DNA of 64,000 bases from an uncultured Deferribacteres bacterium (GTDB lineage Bacteria; Zhuqueibacterota; Zhuqueibacteria; Zhuqueibacterales; Geothermadaptataceae). Under the pieces are notes generated by a model that was not told the DNA's origin, did no database searches, and saw nothing but the letters and a program-made list of their open reading frames with translations. Below, in pieces: positions 18,586 through 27,974 of this stretch. The stretch is taken from the NCBI GenBank assembly GCA_964014485.1, contig CAXHAT010000011.1, positions 1-64,000 on the forward strand, given 5' to 3'. Positions within the stretch are counted from its first letter, which is position 1. The number at the start of each line of letters is the position of its first letter. The position numbers and the translations under genes were made by a program.

Positions 18586-20238
18586 ATGCAAAACGGCCTG
18601 TTGGACATACCTTCGATCACGAAAAAACATTGGGACGCCATCATTATTGGGACGGGTTTCGGCGGAAGTATGACAGCTCTGCGGCTGGCAAACGCGGGCA
18701 TGGACGTATTGATGCTCGAGCGCGGAGACTGGGTCGTTCGAGATGACAGCGTTTGGGACGTTCGATCGATTCTAATAGATCGAAATTATAAGGCACCGAG
18801 CCCTTACGACGCCGACGCTTGGGTCGGGCGCAGTGAAGTTTATCCTGACATGGCGGTCGGCGGCAATTCGATTTTTTATGGCGCCGCCTCGCTGCGATTG
18901 CGAGAGTTCGACTTCGAAGCGCGCAGCCATTACGGCAAAATTGCTGATGATTTGGAGTTGGTCGACTGGCCGATTGCCTACAGCGATCTGGCTCCGTACT
19001 ACGATCAAGTGGAGCATCTTTTGGGCGTGGCGGGAGTCGCCGGGCAGGACCCTTTCGAACCGCCGCGAAACATTGATTTTTGCCAAGAACCCGCACCTTA
19101 CAGCACGCCCGCCCGCCTGCTTGCAGAAACAGGACGGAAGATGGGACTCAGCCCCTTCCCGTTGCCGCTGGCGATCAATTACGGTCAAGACCCCAAGCGC
19201 GAAAACTGTATCCACTGCACGACTTGCGATCTTTTTCCATGTAAAATATCAGCCAAGAACGACCTTTCCGTCACCGTTTTACCGGAAGCTTTGGCGCAAG
19301 GGGCGAAGCTGCGCCCAAACACTGTCGCGGCAAAATTGCTCAAAAAGGAATCGCGTATAACCGGGGTGGAATGCGTGGATCGAAAGTCGGGTGAACGCTT
19401 TGCTTTGAAAAGTGATGTTTGCATTGTCAGCGGCGGCGGCGTGGCCTCGGCTCGCTTGCTGCAACTCTCCGGTTTGCAGAACTCACCGCGAAACGGCGAT
19501 CTCATCGGGCGCTATTTGCTGCGACATTGCAACGGCGTCGTGATCGGCATGTTTCCGTTCCAAACCAACCCTGAACAGAAATTCAACAAGCAGGTGGCTT
19601 TTACCGATTTCTACATAAATCGTCCTGAAAACAACGGTTTGAAGGGCCCGATGGGCATGCTGCAAGCGCTGCAAGTCCCGCCGCCGGAGTACATCACCTC
19701 GCAGGCTCCCGCCGTCATCGGCCAGATCGGCGCGGCGACGACAAAATTACACATGTACCTGCTTTGTATTGCGGAAGATTTGCCGAACCCTCAAAATCGC
19801 GTCAGGTTGCACGACGAAAAACGAGACGGGTTTGGGCTCCCCATAGCGAAAATTACCAGCAAGTACCATAAACGAGACTTGCGAGCGCGACGGGCGCTTT
19901 ACCGGGAAGGCGCAAAGATTCTTAAACAGGCCGGCGCTTTCATCCGGGTAAAAAAGCCAATCAATACTTATTCGCATGCCGTCGGAACGTGTCGCTTCGG
20001 GAATTCGCCCGATGAGGCCGTGCTCGACCCCAATTGCAATTTCTTCGGCGTCCCAAATTTGTTTGTGATCGACGGCAGTTTTATGCCGACTTCCGGCAGC
20101 GTCAATCCGTCGCTCACAATTGCCGCGAACGCTCTGCGCGTGGCCGACTATTTGGCGAACAACTGGGAGTTGCACGCCGCTCGCAGCAAAAACGCTGATT
20201 TCGCGACGCAAAAGACGCACGCCGTATTAACCTCCTAA
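18586..20238 (+). CDS. GMC family oxidoreductase
   Basis: IIGTG.GG FAD motif, VGGNS..YGA, WPI.Y.DL.PYY, C..CTTC, H.VGTCRFG, NLFV.DGSFMPTSG.VNPSLTI.ANA.RVA. Confidence 0.92.
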   Translation: MQNGLLDIPSITKKHWDAIIIGTGFGGSMTALRLANAGMDVLMLERGDWVVRDDSVWDVRSILIDRNYKAPSPYDADAWVGRSEVYPDMAVGGNSIFYGAASLRLREFDFEARSHYGKIADDLELVDWPIAYSDLAPYYDQVEHLLGVAGVAGQDPFEPPRNIDFCQEPAPYSTPARLLAETGRKMGLSPFPLPLAINYGQDPKRENCIHCTTCDLFPCKISAKNDLSVTVLPEALAQGAKLRPNTVAAKLLKKESRITGVECVDRKSGERFALKSDVCIVSGGGVASARLLQLSGLQNSPRNGDLIGRYLLRHCNGVVIGMFPFQTNPEQKFNKQVAFTDFYINRPENNGLKGPMGMLQALQVPPPEYITSQAPAVIGQIGAATTKLHMYLLCIAEDLPNPQNRVRLHDEKRDGFGLPIAKITSKYHKRDLRARRALYREGAKILKQAGAFIRVKKPINTYSHAVGTCRFGNSPDEAVLDPNCNFFGVPNLFVIDGSFMPTSGSVNPSLTIAANALRVADYLANNWELHAARSKNADFATQKTHAVLTS

Positions 20239-20270
20239 GCGCTGATTGCAATCCCCACATTTTTAAGAAT

Positions 20271-21341
20271 ATGAACCAGGAAACGCCGGAAAATAACGTA
20301 CAGATTTCTCAGATTAAGTCAGCTTTTACCCGTGAAAGACTTTTCAAGGGCGTGCGCTATTTCGTGATGTTCACGCTGATCGGCTTCACGATCCTTTTCT
20401 TTTTTACCAGTTCTTTCGATGAGGTCGTCGAAGCGCTCGACCATCTGGAAGCGCGGTTTTTTCTCATTGCCATTGCACTTTCCGCGGTCGATTTGACGCT
20501 GGGCGGTTTTCGCAACCATTTGTTTGTGCGAAAAATCAGGCCGGGGACAAGCATCAAGCTTTGCCTGCGCGCCAACGTGGCGAATTTGTTCATGGGGTCG
20601 GTGACGCCGTCGCAATCCGGCGGGGGGCCGGCGCAAATTTTCGTGCTCTATCGCGGCGGCGTGCCTTTGCCGTCCATTCTTTCCATCAGCGTGATCACTT
20701 TTCTCTGCACGCTTGTTTTTTTTCTCATTGCCGCCAGTTTTTCCATGGTTGTCGTGCGTGACATGTTTTCGACCGAGATCATCATGTACGTCGTGCAGTA
20801 TAGTTTTGCCGCGTTTGGTTCGGTCACGCTGTTTTTCATCCTTGCGCTCTGGCGGCCTGACGTCATCGGCAGAATTATTTTGCGCGTCACAAGTTTTTTG
20901 GGGCGAAAGAGCAAGAAGTATGGCGAGCGGATTACGAAATTCGGCGAGACGGCAAACAGGGAAATTGGAAAATACCACGTTACGTGCCGCCAATTTATCA
21001 AGGACGAGCCGATGGTGGTTTTCTGGTGCGTCGTCGTCACGGTGGTGCTTTATCTCAACAAATTTACGCTGGCCTATTTTATCATGCTCGGGTTGGGGGG
21101 AACCGGAGATTACGCTTCTATGATCGCGATTCAAGCGATTTTGATTTTTATCGCCTACGCCTCCCCCAGTCCCGGCGGCAGCGGCATCGCCGAACTGAGC
21201 ATCGGCGCACTGATGACGACAATGCTGCCGATGAGCGCCATCGCCATTTTTGCCGTGCTTCAGCGCTTTTTCCTTTATTACTTGCCCGCCATTCTCGGCT
21301 TTTTCGTTCTGACCGGCGAGCTCAAATCCGACGCGTCTTGA
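20271..21341 (+). CDS. Lysylphosphatidylglycerol synthase TM / flippase-like membrane protein (UPF0104)
   Basis: VTPSQSGGGPAQ and PSPGGSGIAE motifs, R...YY, multiple TM helices. Confidence 0.85.
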   Translation: MNQETPENNVQISQIKSAFTRERLFKGVRYFVMFTLIGFTILFFFTSSFDEVVEALDHLEARFFLIAIALSAVDLTLGGFRNHLFVRKIRPGTSIKLCLRANVANLFMGSVTPSQSGGGPAQIFVLYRGGVPLPSILSISVITFLCTLVFFLIAASFSMVVVRDMFSTEIIMYVVQYSFAAFGSVTLFFILALWRPDVIGRIILRVTSFLGRKSKKYGERITKFGETANREIGKYHVTCRQFIKDEPMVVFWCVVVTVVLYLNKFTLAYFIMLGLGGTGDYASMIAIQAILIFIAYASPSPGGSGIAELSIGALMTTMLPMSAIAIFAVLQRFFLYYLPAILGFFVLTGELKSDAS

Positions 21342-21395
21342 TATTCCAAGCCGGAATCAATCAGGTGCCGTTATTCAACATTGACCTTGTGGTTT

Positions 21396-21546
21396 AACGC
21401 AAAGGCCGCGGAGCTTCGCGGAGTTTTTTTGAAAACACAAATTTTTTGAAATTCCATTTGTGAGTTTTCGTCGCTGCGAACCATTCAAAATGAACGCACA
21501 ATTCAATTTTCTCGGCGCATCTCAGCGTCCTTCGCGTCTCTGCGTT
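21396..21546. repeat. aacgcaaag...ctctgcgtt type intergenic palindromic repeat
   Basis: aacgcaaaggccgcggag...ctcggcgcatctcagcgtccttcgcgtctctgcgtt. Confidence 0.5.
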
Positions 21547-21692
21547 TTGAAAAGTTCTGCCAAAAAGACTGTGCTCGAATGTTTTTTGTCGAGTATGGCT
21601 TTAAATGACTTTACCGGCATTGAAAATCAATCTCGTCACAACGGTCTCCGTTCTTAAGAGTCTGCTGTGCCTTGGAATTTGGCGTTTGAGAT

Positions 21693-22319
21693 TTAAGCAA
21701 GCTGTGCATCTATCCCGGCAGTCACTTTTACCAAATTTGTGAAAACGCTCTGATCGTCGTAAACCAAATTAAACACCGGCCTGCCCCATTTCGCGTTTGA
21801 AATGAGATGAATGTCCTTTACGCTCTGCCGCATCTTATCAAAACTCTCCGGTTTGACTTGCACGCCGCACAAAACCATTCTGTCTTGACTCTCGACCGTT
21901 AAATCGACCCGCAATTCTGCGTCAACGTATTCGTCCGCACGTTTAATCATTAAATTTGGGAAAGTTTTCGCCAGCAGCTTCTGCGCCTTAACTTCCATTA
22001 ATTCGCCCTTTAAAGAATTGGTCACGAAAAGGTGATACTCCCAGCGAATGCACTCGTTGAGCGTATATTTTTCTTTTCCCCAAGCTTTAAACTGCGCTTT
22101 ATACAAGTTCCGCCCAAAATCTTCCACCGTGCCTTGACTGATGATTCCGCAATCGCATCGATGAACAAAATGCTCGCGAATCAGCGAATACAACTCATGC
22201 TGACTTTTGGGCTTGTGCGTCCGAATTAACTTCATCACAGGCACGGATTTGTCCGGGGCGGAAACGCCGAATTTGCCGTTAAGCCAATTCAATTCGCCGC
22301 CGGTCAGGTTTTTTTTCAT
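21693..22319 (-). CDS. PD-(D/E)xK nuclease, MjaI restriction endonuclease-like
   Basis: LFVTNSLKGELME..A, D.ELRVDL, GVQVKPESF catalytic arrangement; ATGA overlap with the upstream gene. Confidence 0.6.
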   Translation of the reverse strand: MKKNLTGGELNWLNGKFGVSAPDKSVPVMKLIRTHKPKSQHELYSLIREHFVHRCDCGIISQGTVEDFGRNLYKAQFKAWGKEKYTLNECIRWEYHLFVTNSLKGELMEVKAQKLLAKTFPNLMIKRADEYVDAELRVDLTVESQDRMVLCGVQVKPESFDKMRQSVKDIHLISNAKWGRPVFNLVYDDQSVFTNLVKVTAGIDAQLA

Positions 22320-23788
22320 AATTTCTTTTCGATCCAGCCTTTAAAATCGAGATAATCCAGGGCGGATTTTAGCAGACGCGGATCGCACTTCTCTTTCAGC
22401 GCAAGATCGAGCTTTTTGAATAATTTGGCGTGGTCGCTGCGCGGGGTCATGCTGGCTTTCGAGAAAAATTTGAGCAGCAACATCTCAAAATCTCTCAGGT
22501 CGCGTTTTTTCTTCAAAAATCTGCGGCATGAATCGACGGCGTATTTCAGGATGGTCAAATTGCCCAGCTCGTACTGCACGACGAGGTGCAGCAGTTGCGC
22601 ATAACTCAAAATGTCTTCTCTCACCGTATCCGCGCGCAGAGCGAAAATCTCATTGAGCCGTTCCAGCGAATCCCTGAACGATTTTTTCATAAAATAGAAG
22701 TAGGCGAACTGGTAGTAGAGAATCAGAATATAGTCGACCGGAATTTGACGACGGTATTTTTGAATGTATTGCTCAATTTCATCGATGCGTGCGATTCCTG
22801 CGTCGCAATCTCCGGCGTCGCGGTACATTTCCAATTCCACGTTCCAGGTTTGCAGCAAGAGTTTGACGGCGGTCTTGCTTCCGGCTTTCATGCCGTAAAC
22901 TTCCGGAATCGAACGAATCTTTTCCAATAGCGGAGGAACGCCCTCGAGTTCCTTGAGATGCAAATGCACGCTGATGTAATTGTTCAAAGCCGTGATGTAA
23001 GATTTCGGATTCTCGCGAATGCGCTCAGGGCGAGATTCGATGAGCCGGATGAGTTGATCGACGCTGCGCTTCGCGCCTTCGTAGTCGCTGTGAAAAAAAT
23101 AGTAGCTGTTCCAGATGTAGCGGTAGAGAATTTTCGCCTGCAACGACAGCGCGGAATCGATGCTTTGCAAATCCGGGTGTTCGAAAATACCCAACGGCGC
23201 ATTCTCGCTTTTACTGGCGGCTTGCCAGAGATCGAACATGTTGATAGTCAGCGCCCAATAGTTGTTTAAATTGGAAAGTTTGGCGACGGCTTTCTTTTCT
23301 TGATCAATAATTTCGGCCAGGCCTTCGCGGCCCGCCCCTGCACTCGTCGTCGCTAAAAGGAGCTGCCTTTTCCACGCCAGAATCGCCAGCATCTCGGGGA
23401 ACGCTTCATAGGCGCAGGCCAATTTTTCCGCTTTTTCGATGGCGTAACGACACTGGTCAAACAGTTCTTTCATGAATAAAATTTCAATATCCCGGAGTAA
23501 ATCTTTCAACTCCGCATCCTTCGAAAACTGGCTGTGGAAATTCCTTAGACTTTTAAGAATGAGTTTGGAAAGATAGTTTTTCGTGACGTGCAGTTGGTTG
23601 GCAAACGCTTCATTGGCAAACTTTTTTTTGACTTTTTGCTCGTCGAAACACTCCTGCCGATCAATGAAATCAAACAGTTGCAGGTAGTTTTTGTTATTTC
23701 CTGACATCGTCGCGAACAGGCGAAAGTAGCGCTTTTCCGCCTTGGTCAAGGATTTTATCAGCAAAAACAGGTTGTTTTTTTTGGCCAT
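22316..23788 (-). CDS. Conserved all-helical (TPR-like) hypothetical protein of the Bacteroidota LF.LIKSL.K.EKRYF family
   Basis: LFLLIKSLTKAEKRYFRL, Y..LFD.I, K.YL..LILKSLR.F, YLDF..WIE. Confidence 0.75.
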   Translation of the reverse strand: MAKKNNLFLLIKSLTKAEKRYFRLFATMSGNNKNYLQLFDFIDRQECFDEQKVKKKFANEAFANQLHVTKNYLSKLILKSLRNFHSQFSKDAELKDLLRDIEILFMKELFDQCRYAIEKAEKLACAYEAFPEMLAILAWKRQLLLATTSAGAGREGLAEIIDQEKKAVAKLSNLNNYWALTINMFDLWQAASKSENAPLGIFEHPDLQSIDSALSLQAKILYRYIWNSYYFFHSDYEGAKRSVDQLIRLIESRPERIRENPKSYITALNNYISVHLHLKELEGVPPLLEKIRSIPEVYGMKAGSKTAVKLLLQTWNVELEMYRDAGDCDAGIARIDEIEQYIQKYRRQIPVDYILILYYQFAYFYFMKKSFRDSLERLNEIFALRADTVREDILSYAQLLHLVVQYELGNLTILKYAVDSCRRFLKKKRDLRDFEMLLLKFFSKASMTPRSDHAKLFKKLDLALKEKCDPRLLKSALDYLDFKGWIEKKL

Positions 23789-23993
23789 AGAATTCTACGT
23801 TTTTTGCAAATCAGGCGGTTCTTGGGGGCGAAATGATACAAAAACGCGACATATCGCGCAAGTTAGACCTTTACGTTTTTAAAACTTGTGTCGTTGAAAC
23901 GATTTGCTCCGCGTTTTATCTTGCGCCCGTCAATTTAAAAGCGCTGGTTTAGAAGCCAATATTTTACGCCTCATCAAAAATATTGGTTTTTAT

Positions 23994-24063
23994 GTCATTC
24001 CCGCGAAGGCGGGAATCCAGAACTCTCGCAAGGCCGATAGATTCTCGCCTTCGCGTGAATGAC
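23994..24063. repeat. GTCATTCCCGCG.AGGCGGGAATC REP palindrome pair
   Basis: gtcattcccgcgaaggcgggaatc...gattctcgccttcgcgtgaatgac; same family as 50757-50827. Confidence 0.8.
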
Positions 24064-24120
24064 GGTTTGGAGACATAAAACGAGCGCGCGTTATTTACTC
24101 ATTTCCAAGGAGAAACAATC

Positions 24121-24495
24121 ATGGCGAACGCAATCAACTGGTTTGAAATCCCGGCTAAAGACATCAATCGCGCAACCACATTTTACGGCAAAGTGCTTGG
24201 CGCTGATCTGCAAATTATGGAAATGATGGGCACGCAAATGGCGTTTTTGCCCGGCGACAGTGCACAAGGCGACGTCAGCGGCTCGTTGTGTCAGGGCGAA
24301 GGCTATGAGCCGTCTGAAACCGGCGCTTTGATTTACTTGAGCGGCGGCGAAGACTTGGCTGATCCGCTCTCGCGCGTTGAAGCGGCAGGCGGCTCGGTCG
24401 TTTTGCCGAAAACCAAAATCACTGACGAAATTGGTTTCATGGCTTATTTCAGAGATACGGAAGGCAACCGCGTCGCTTTCCATTCGCCGAAGTAA
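24121..24495 (+). CDS. VOC family protein (glyoxalase/bleomycin resistance)
   Basis: NWFEIPA.D..RA..FY..V, RVEAAGG.V..PKT.I, G.MA.F.DTEGNRVA.HS; AAGGAG RBS. Confidence 0.92.
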   Translation: MANAINWFEIPAKDINRATTFYGKVLGADLQIMEMMGTQMAFLPGDSAQGDVSGSLCQGEGYEPSETGALIYLSGGEDLADPLSRVEAAGGSVVLPKTKITDEIGFMAYFRDTEGNRVAFHSPK

Positions 24496-24556
24496 TTTCT
24501 AAACGCGCCTGCGCACCAACAAAGTGCGCGGCGCTGCTTGGAGACGGCGCTCTATC

Positions 24557-24640
24557 CGCCCTGAAAGGGCTAAATAACACAGCCCAGGGCAACGCCCTGG
24601 GCTTGAAAAATCACATCATTTTTCAAGCCCTGTAAGGGCG
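24557..24640. repeat. gccctgaaagggc / gcccagggcaacgccctggg REP cluster
   Basis: Consecutive short hairpins of the type associated with IS200/IS605 and RAYT REPs. Confidence 0.7.
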
Positions 24641-24673
24641 AAACAAAACAGCCTTGATCTTTAGGAGGGAGCA

Positions 24674-25033
24674 ATGAGCAAAACAGAAGCAACAAAAGAA
24701 CTGATTCTCAAATATTGGCGCTCCTGGCAGCAGCCGTCAGATTTCGATGAAATGCGCGCATGCCTGGCGGACGACGCCAAAATTGACGGCGGCATGTTTT
24801 CCCTGGACAGCGCCGACGCCTTTCGCACCATGGTCGAAGCCAACAACTCGCCCTGGCGTGACGTGAAAATGCTGGATTCCGTTTTTACTGAAAATACCGG
24901 CGCGATTTTCTACGAAGGGATTGAAGTGAAAACAAATATCCGTATGCGCGTCGCCGAGCATTGCGTTGTGAAGGACGGAAAAATTTCAAAGGCGATTGCG
25001 GTCATCACACAGCTTGGCGAGATTCCCGAATAG
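24674..25033 (+). CDS. SnoaL/NTF2-like protein
   Basis: Y..SW...DFDEMRACLADDA, AEHC.VKDGKI; AGGAGG RBS. Confidence 0.8.
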   Translation: MSKTEATKELILKYWRSWQQPSDFDEMRACLADDAKIDGGMFSLDSADAFRTMVEANNSPWRDVKMLDSVFTENTGAIFYEGIEVKTNIRMRVAEHCVVKDGKISKAIAVITQLGEIPE

Positions 25034-25040
25034 TTTTGTA

Positions 25041-25068
25041 GTAGAGACGCGATGCATCGCGTTTCTAC
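25041..25068. repeat. GTAG-type REP hairpin
   Basis: gtagagacgcgatgcatcgcgtttctac. Confidence 0.7.
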
Positions 25069-25118
25069 CGGCAATTCACAAAATACCAACTTCTTTAATT
25101 TTGTATCCATGCTTCGCG

Positions 25119-25186
25119 TGTCATTCAGGAGGAATCTATTTTGCCTGACCCTGTAAGTTGGCCAAATAGATTCCTCCTGAATGACA
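25119..25186. repeat. REP-like palindrome, same family as 8647-8721
   Basis: tgtcattcaggaggaatctattt / aaatagattcctcctgaatgaca perfect arms. Confidence 0.8.
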
Positions 25187-25232
25187 GCACAAAAAGTTTA
25201 GAGAATAAAGAAAACCGGCAGTGAGGAGAACT

Positions 25233-25904
25233 ATGAGCTACTTCACACAAGACTTTATTGATTTTTTTGCAGAATTAAAATCAAACAACCAGAAGGAATG
25301 GTTTCACGCCAACAAAAAACGGTACGAGGCCTCGGTCAAAAAGCCGTTTGAAGATTTTATCGAAGAGTTGATTCTACGCGTTCGCGCGGACGATCCGTCG
25401 GTGGAAATCGCCCCAAAACAAGCGATCATGCGCATCTACCGCGACATTCGCTTTTCCAAGGACAAAACGCCTTATAAAACGCACGCCAGCGCCATCATTT
25501 CAGCAGGCGGCACGAAAGACAAAAGCGTGCCTGGGATTTACGTTCATCTCGGGCCAAACGAAAATGAAGTCCGCGTTTACGGCGGCGCACACATGGTGGA
25601 CAAAGACCAACTCCACAAAATCAGAACGGCGATTATGAATGATCCTGGCGCTTTTGAAAAACTGTTAAACGAAAAAGCTTTCAAAGAAACGTTCGGCGAA
25701 GTTCGCGGCGATAAAAACAAGCGCATTCCCCCGGAGTTTAGAGAAGCCGCCGAAAAGCAGTCCCTCCTCATGAACAAGAATTACTACTACTACAAAACCT
25801 TCGACGGCGCACTTATTTTACAGGACGGCTTGGTGGACGCGGTCATGGACTGCTATGCCGCCGGCAAAAACATGAGTGCGTTTTTTAAGCAAGCGATGAA
25901 TTAA
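25233..25904 (+). CDS. DUF2461 family protein (TIGR02453)
   Basis: FF.EL..NN.KEWF.ANK.RY, RIYRDIRFSKDKTPYKT; GAGGAG RBS before ATG 25233. Confidence 0.9.
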   Translation: MSYFTQDFIDFFAELKSNNQKEWFHANKKRYEASVKKPFEDFIEELILRVRADDPSVEIAPKQAIMRIYRDIRFSKDKTPYKTHASAIISAGGTKDKSVPGIYVHLGPNENEVRVYGGAHMVDKDQLHKIRTAIMNDPGAFEKLLNEKAFKETFGEVRGDKNKRIPPEFREAAEKQSLLMNKNYYYYKTFDGALILQDGLVDAVMDCYAAGKNMSAFFKQAMN

Positions 25905-26015
25905 CGTCTGAACCGTATCGAAGCAAATGAATTTTTTTGGGGGGCACAACTCCGAGACGTTTCATTCACAAATTTTCATATTCCTGCCTGACATTCTGTG
26001 GAAACGCACAGTAAG

Positions 26016-26184
26016 ATGTCACCCCTGACGGGGTTGAGGAATGAACGGAAGCGACATTTTCTACAAACATTCCACCCCTAACGGGGTTAAAATCGCCAGA
26101 ATTCGGTTTCCTAAACCGCGCAGCGGTGACATGTTTATAGCAAAAGTTGTCCTTATCATTCCCCAACCCCGTCAGGGGTGGCAT
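26016..26184. repeat. BIME-like cluster of four acccc(tgac)ggggt REP units in inverted arrangement
   Basis: atgtcacccctgacggggtt, ctacaaacattccacccctaacggggtt, aaccgcgcagcggtgacatgtttatag, aaccccgtcaggggtggcat. Confidence 0.75.
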
Positions 26185-26458
26185 AAAAAAGGACGAACAA
26201 GAAATAGTGTCAGGTAGTGAGTTCGTTTTCCATAAAATCATTCAATAAACGATTCTCTCTTCGGCTTTTTTAACAGTATAAAGCCTGAAATTCCCGGGGT
26301 TTTTCCATCGTTTGAAAAGCGTTTCAGATATTTGATTTGCCGCGAACCGACCGAAATGACATCGCCGTTGCACGCCCCTTCCGTTTCAAATCATTATTCA
26401 CTCCTCCACGTCTTTCCTTATTTTAAACCCGACAAGATTTTTACGCGAGGAATGACTA

Positions 26459-27739
26459 ATGATTAAAATGACTTACCCGAGAACCGCTGAAGGCTTTTTC
26501 GCAAATTGCAGAAGGATGATTTTGCCACTCTGTGTCCTTCTAATGTTTGGCGCAGCTGAAGCCTGGGCTCAGAAAATTGTCGAGTTGGGAGATCAGTCGG
26601 CCAATTGTGAACAGGATCCGGATTGCATCAACAGGATTCATCCGGCAATTCCAATGGCCGCCCGCGCAAAACCGGGCGACACGATTGTATTCCATACTCG
26701 CAACGCCAGTGACTTTGACCTTGATCCTGAAGCGCCGCCGGATCCGCGGAGAGGCGATCCTGGAATTGGCAATGTACACCCGCTCACCGGCCCGGTCTAT
26801 ATCGAGGGCGCTGAACCGGGCGACGTGCTGAAGGTTCGCATCCTCGACATTGCTCCCGGACCCTGGGCGTTTACCGTGATTTCGCCAATCGGTTTTCTCT
26901 CTGATCAAATTCAGGGGCCATTGCGCGTCCTCTGGAAACTAAACCGTGATTACGCGGTTTCCGATGATCTTCCGGGCGTACGCATTCCCAATCGAAGTTT
27001 TCCCGGCGTGGTGACCGTTTTGCCGGGGCCGGAGCAGCATGCCAAGATGCTTGCCAGAGAAGCCGAGCTCTCAAAAGCGGGCGGCGCCGTTATGCCCGCG
27101 ACTCACTTGACACATGCTTCTCCAAAAGAAATCTGCGGAGAAGGCGGCAGTCATGCAGGCGAGTGTCTCCGCACGATTCCGCCGCGCGAGCATGGCGGCA
27201 ACATGGATATCAGGTATTTGCAAACCGGCGTTTCAATCTATTTGCCGTGTTACATTGAAGGCGGCGGCCTTGCCCTAGGAGATTTGCATTATGCGCAAGG
27301 AGACGGGGAAGTCAGCGGCACGGCGCTCGAAATGGACGCCATTGTCACAGTGACGGTCGAGTTGATCAAAGACGGTCCAAAATTAGATCGCGGGCCTCAC
27401 TATGAAGGCTCTTCCGCCCTGTTGGATATTCCGTCCCGCAGGTTCTACGCGACGACGGGCTTTCCTATAAAAGAAAAGGGAGAAGTGCCGCCTGACATGA
27501 AATACCTCGCGTCAGAGAAAATAGCCGGGCTGGAGAATTTATCCAAAGACATATCTTTAGCCGCTCGGAACGCCTTGACGGAAATGATTGACTACATTTC
27601 GAAAACCTTCGGCTACACGAGACAACAGGCGTACCTGATTGCTTCAGTCGCCGTTGACTTAAGAATCGGGCAACTTGTAGATGCGCCCAACGTGGGCGTT
27701 ACAGCGGTTTTGCCGCTTGACATTTTCGAGCAGCGTTAA
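26459..27739 (+). CDS. Acetamidase/formamidase family protein with probable signal peptide
   Basis: HPLTGPVYIEGAEPGDVL, RTIPPREHGGNMDI, GDLH.AQGDGEVSG.A.EM, GY..QQAY.I.S, VDAPN. Confidence 0.92.
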   Translation: MIKMTYPRTAEGFFANCRRMILPLCVLLMFGAAEAWAQKIVELGDQSANCEQDPDCINRIHPAIPMAARAKPGDTIVFHTRNASDFDLDPEAPPDPRRGDPGIGNVHPLTGPVYIEGAEPGDVLKVRILDIAPGPWAFTVISPIGFLSDQIQGPLRVLWKLNRDYAVSDDLPGVRIPNRSFPGVVTVLPGPEQHAKMLAREAELSKAGGAVMPATHLTHASPKEICGEGGSHAGECLRTIPPREHGGNMDIRYLQTGVSIYLPCYIEGGGLALGDLHYAQGDGEVSGTALEMDAIVTVTVELIKDGPKLDRGPHYEGSSALLDIPSRRFYATTGFPIKEKGEVPPDMKYLASEKIAGLENLSKDISLAARNALTEMIDYISKTFGYTRQQAYLIASVAVDLRIGQLVDAPNVGVTAVLPLDIFEQR

Positions 27740-27838
27740 AGCGACTTTTGATTGCGATTAGATTAATTGGCGCAGGTAGGAGGTTCAGTAAATGTTGACA
27801 TAAGTCGCGTTATACACAAAAGTTGTAGTGAAAAAAGG

Positions 27839-27874
27839 AATGCGAGCGCAGGCATCTCAACTTGCGCTCGCATT
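27839..27874. terminator. Hairpin between convergent genes, probable terminator
   Basis: aatgcgagcgcag-gcatctcaac-ttgcgctcgcatt. Confidence 0.55.
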
Positions 27875-27974
27875 GTTCGTTCAACTATACAAAACCGGAC
27901 ATAAAGTTAGGAATGGTATTTTTTCCCTTTGCTGTCCAACTTGCTGTAAAGATGATGGGCGGCAAATATCACAG

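Noticed and set aside
25966..26241. 91-aa ORF (likewise 50694-50912 and 21460-21657)
   Set aside because: These are translations of REP palindromes, not genes
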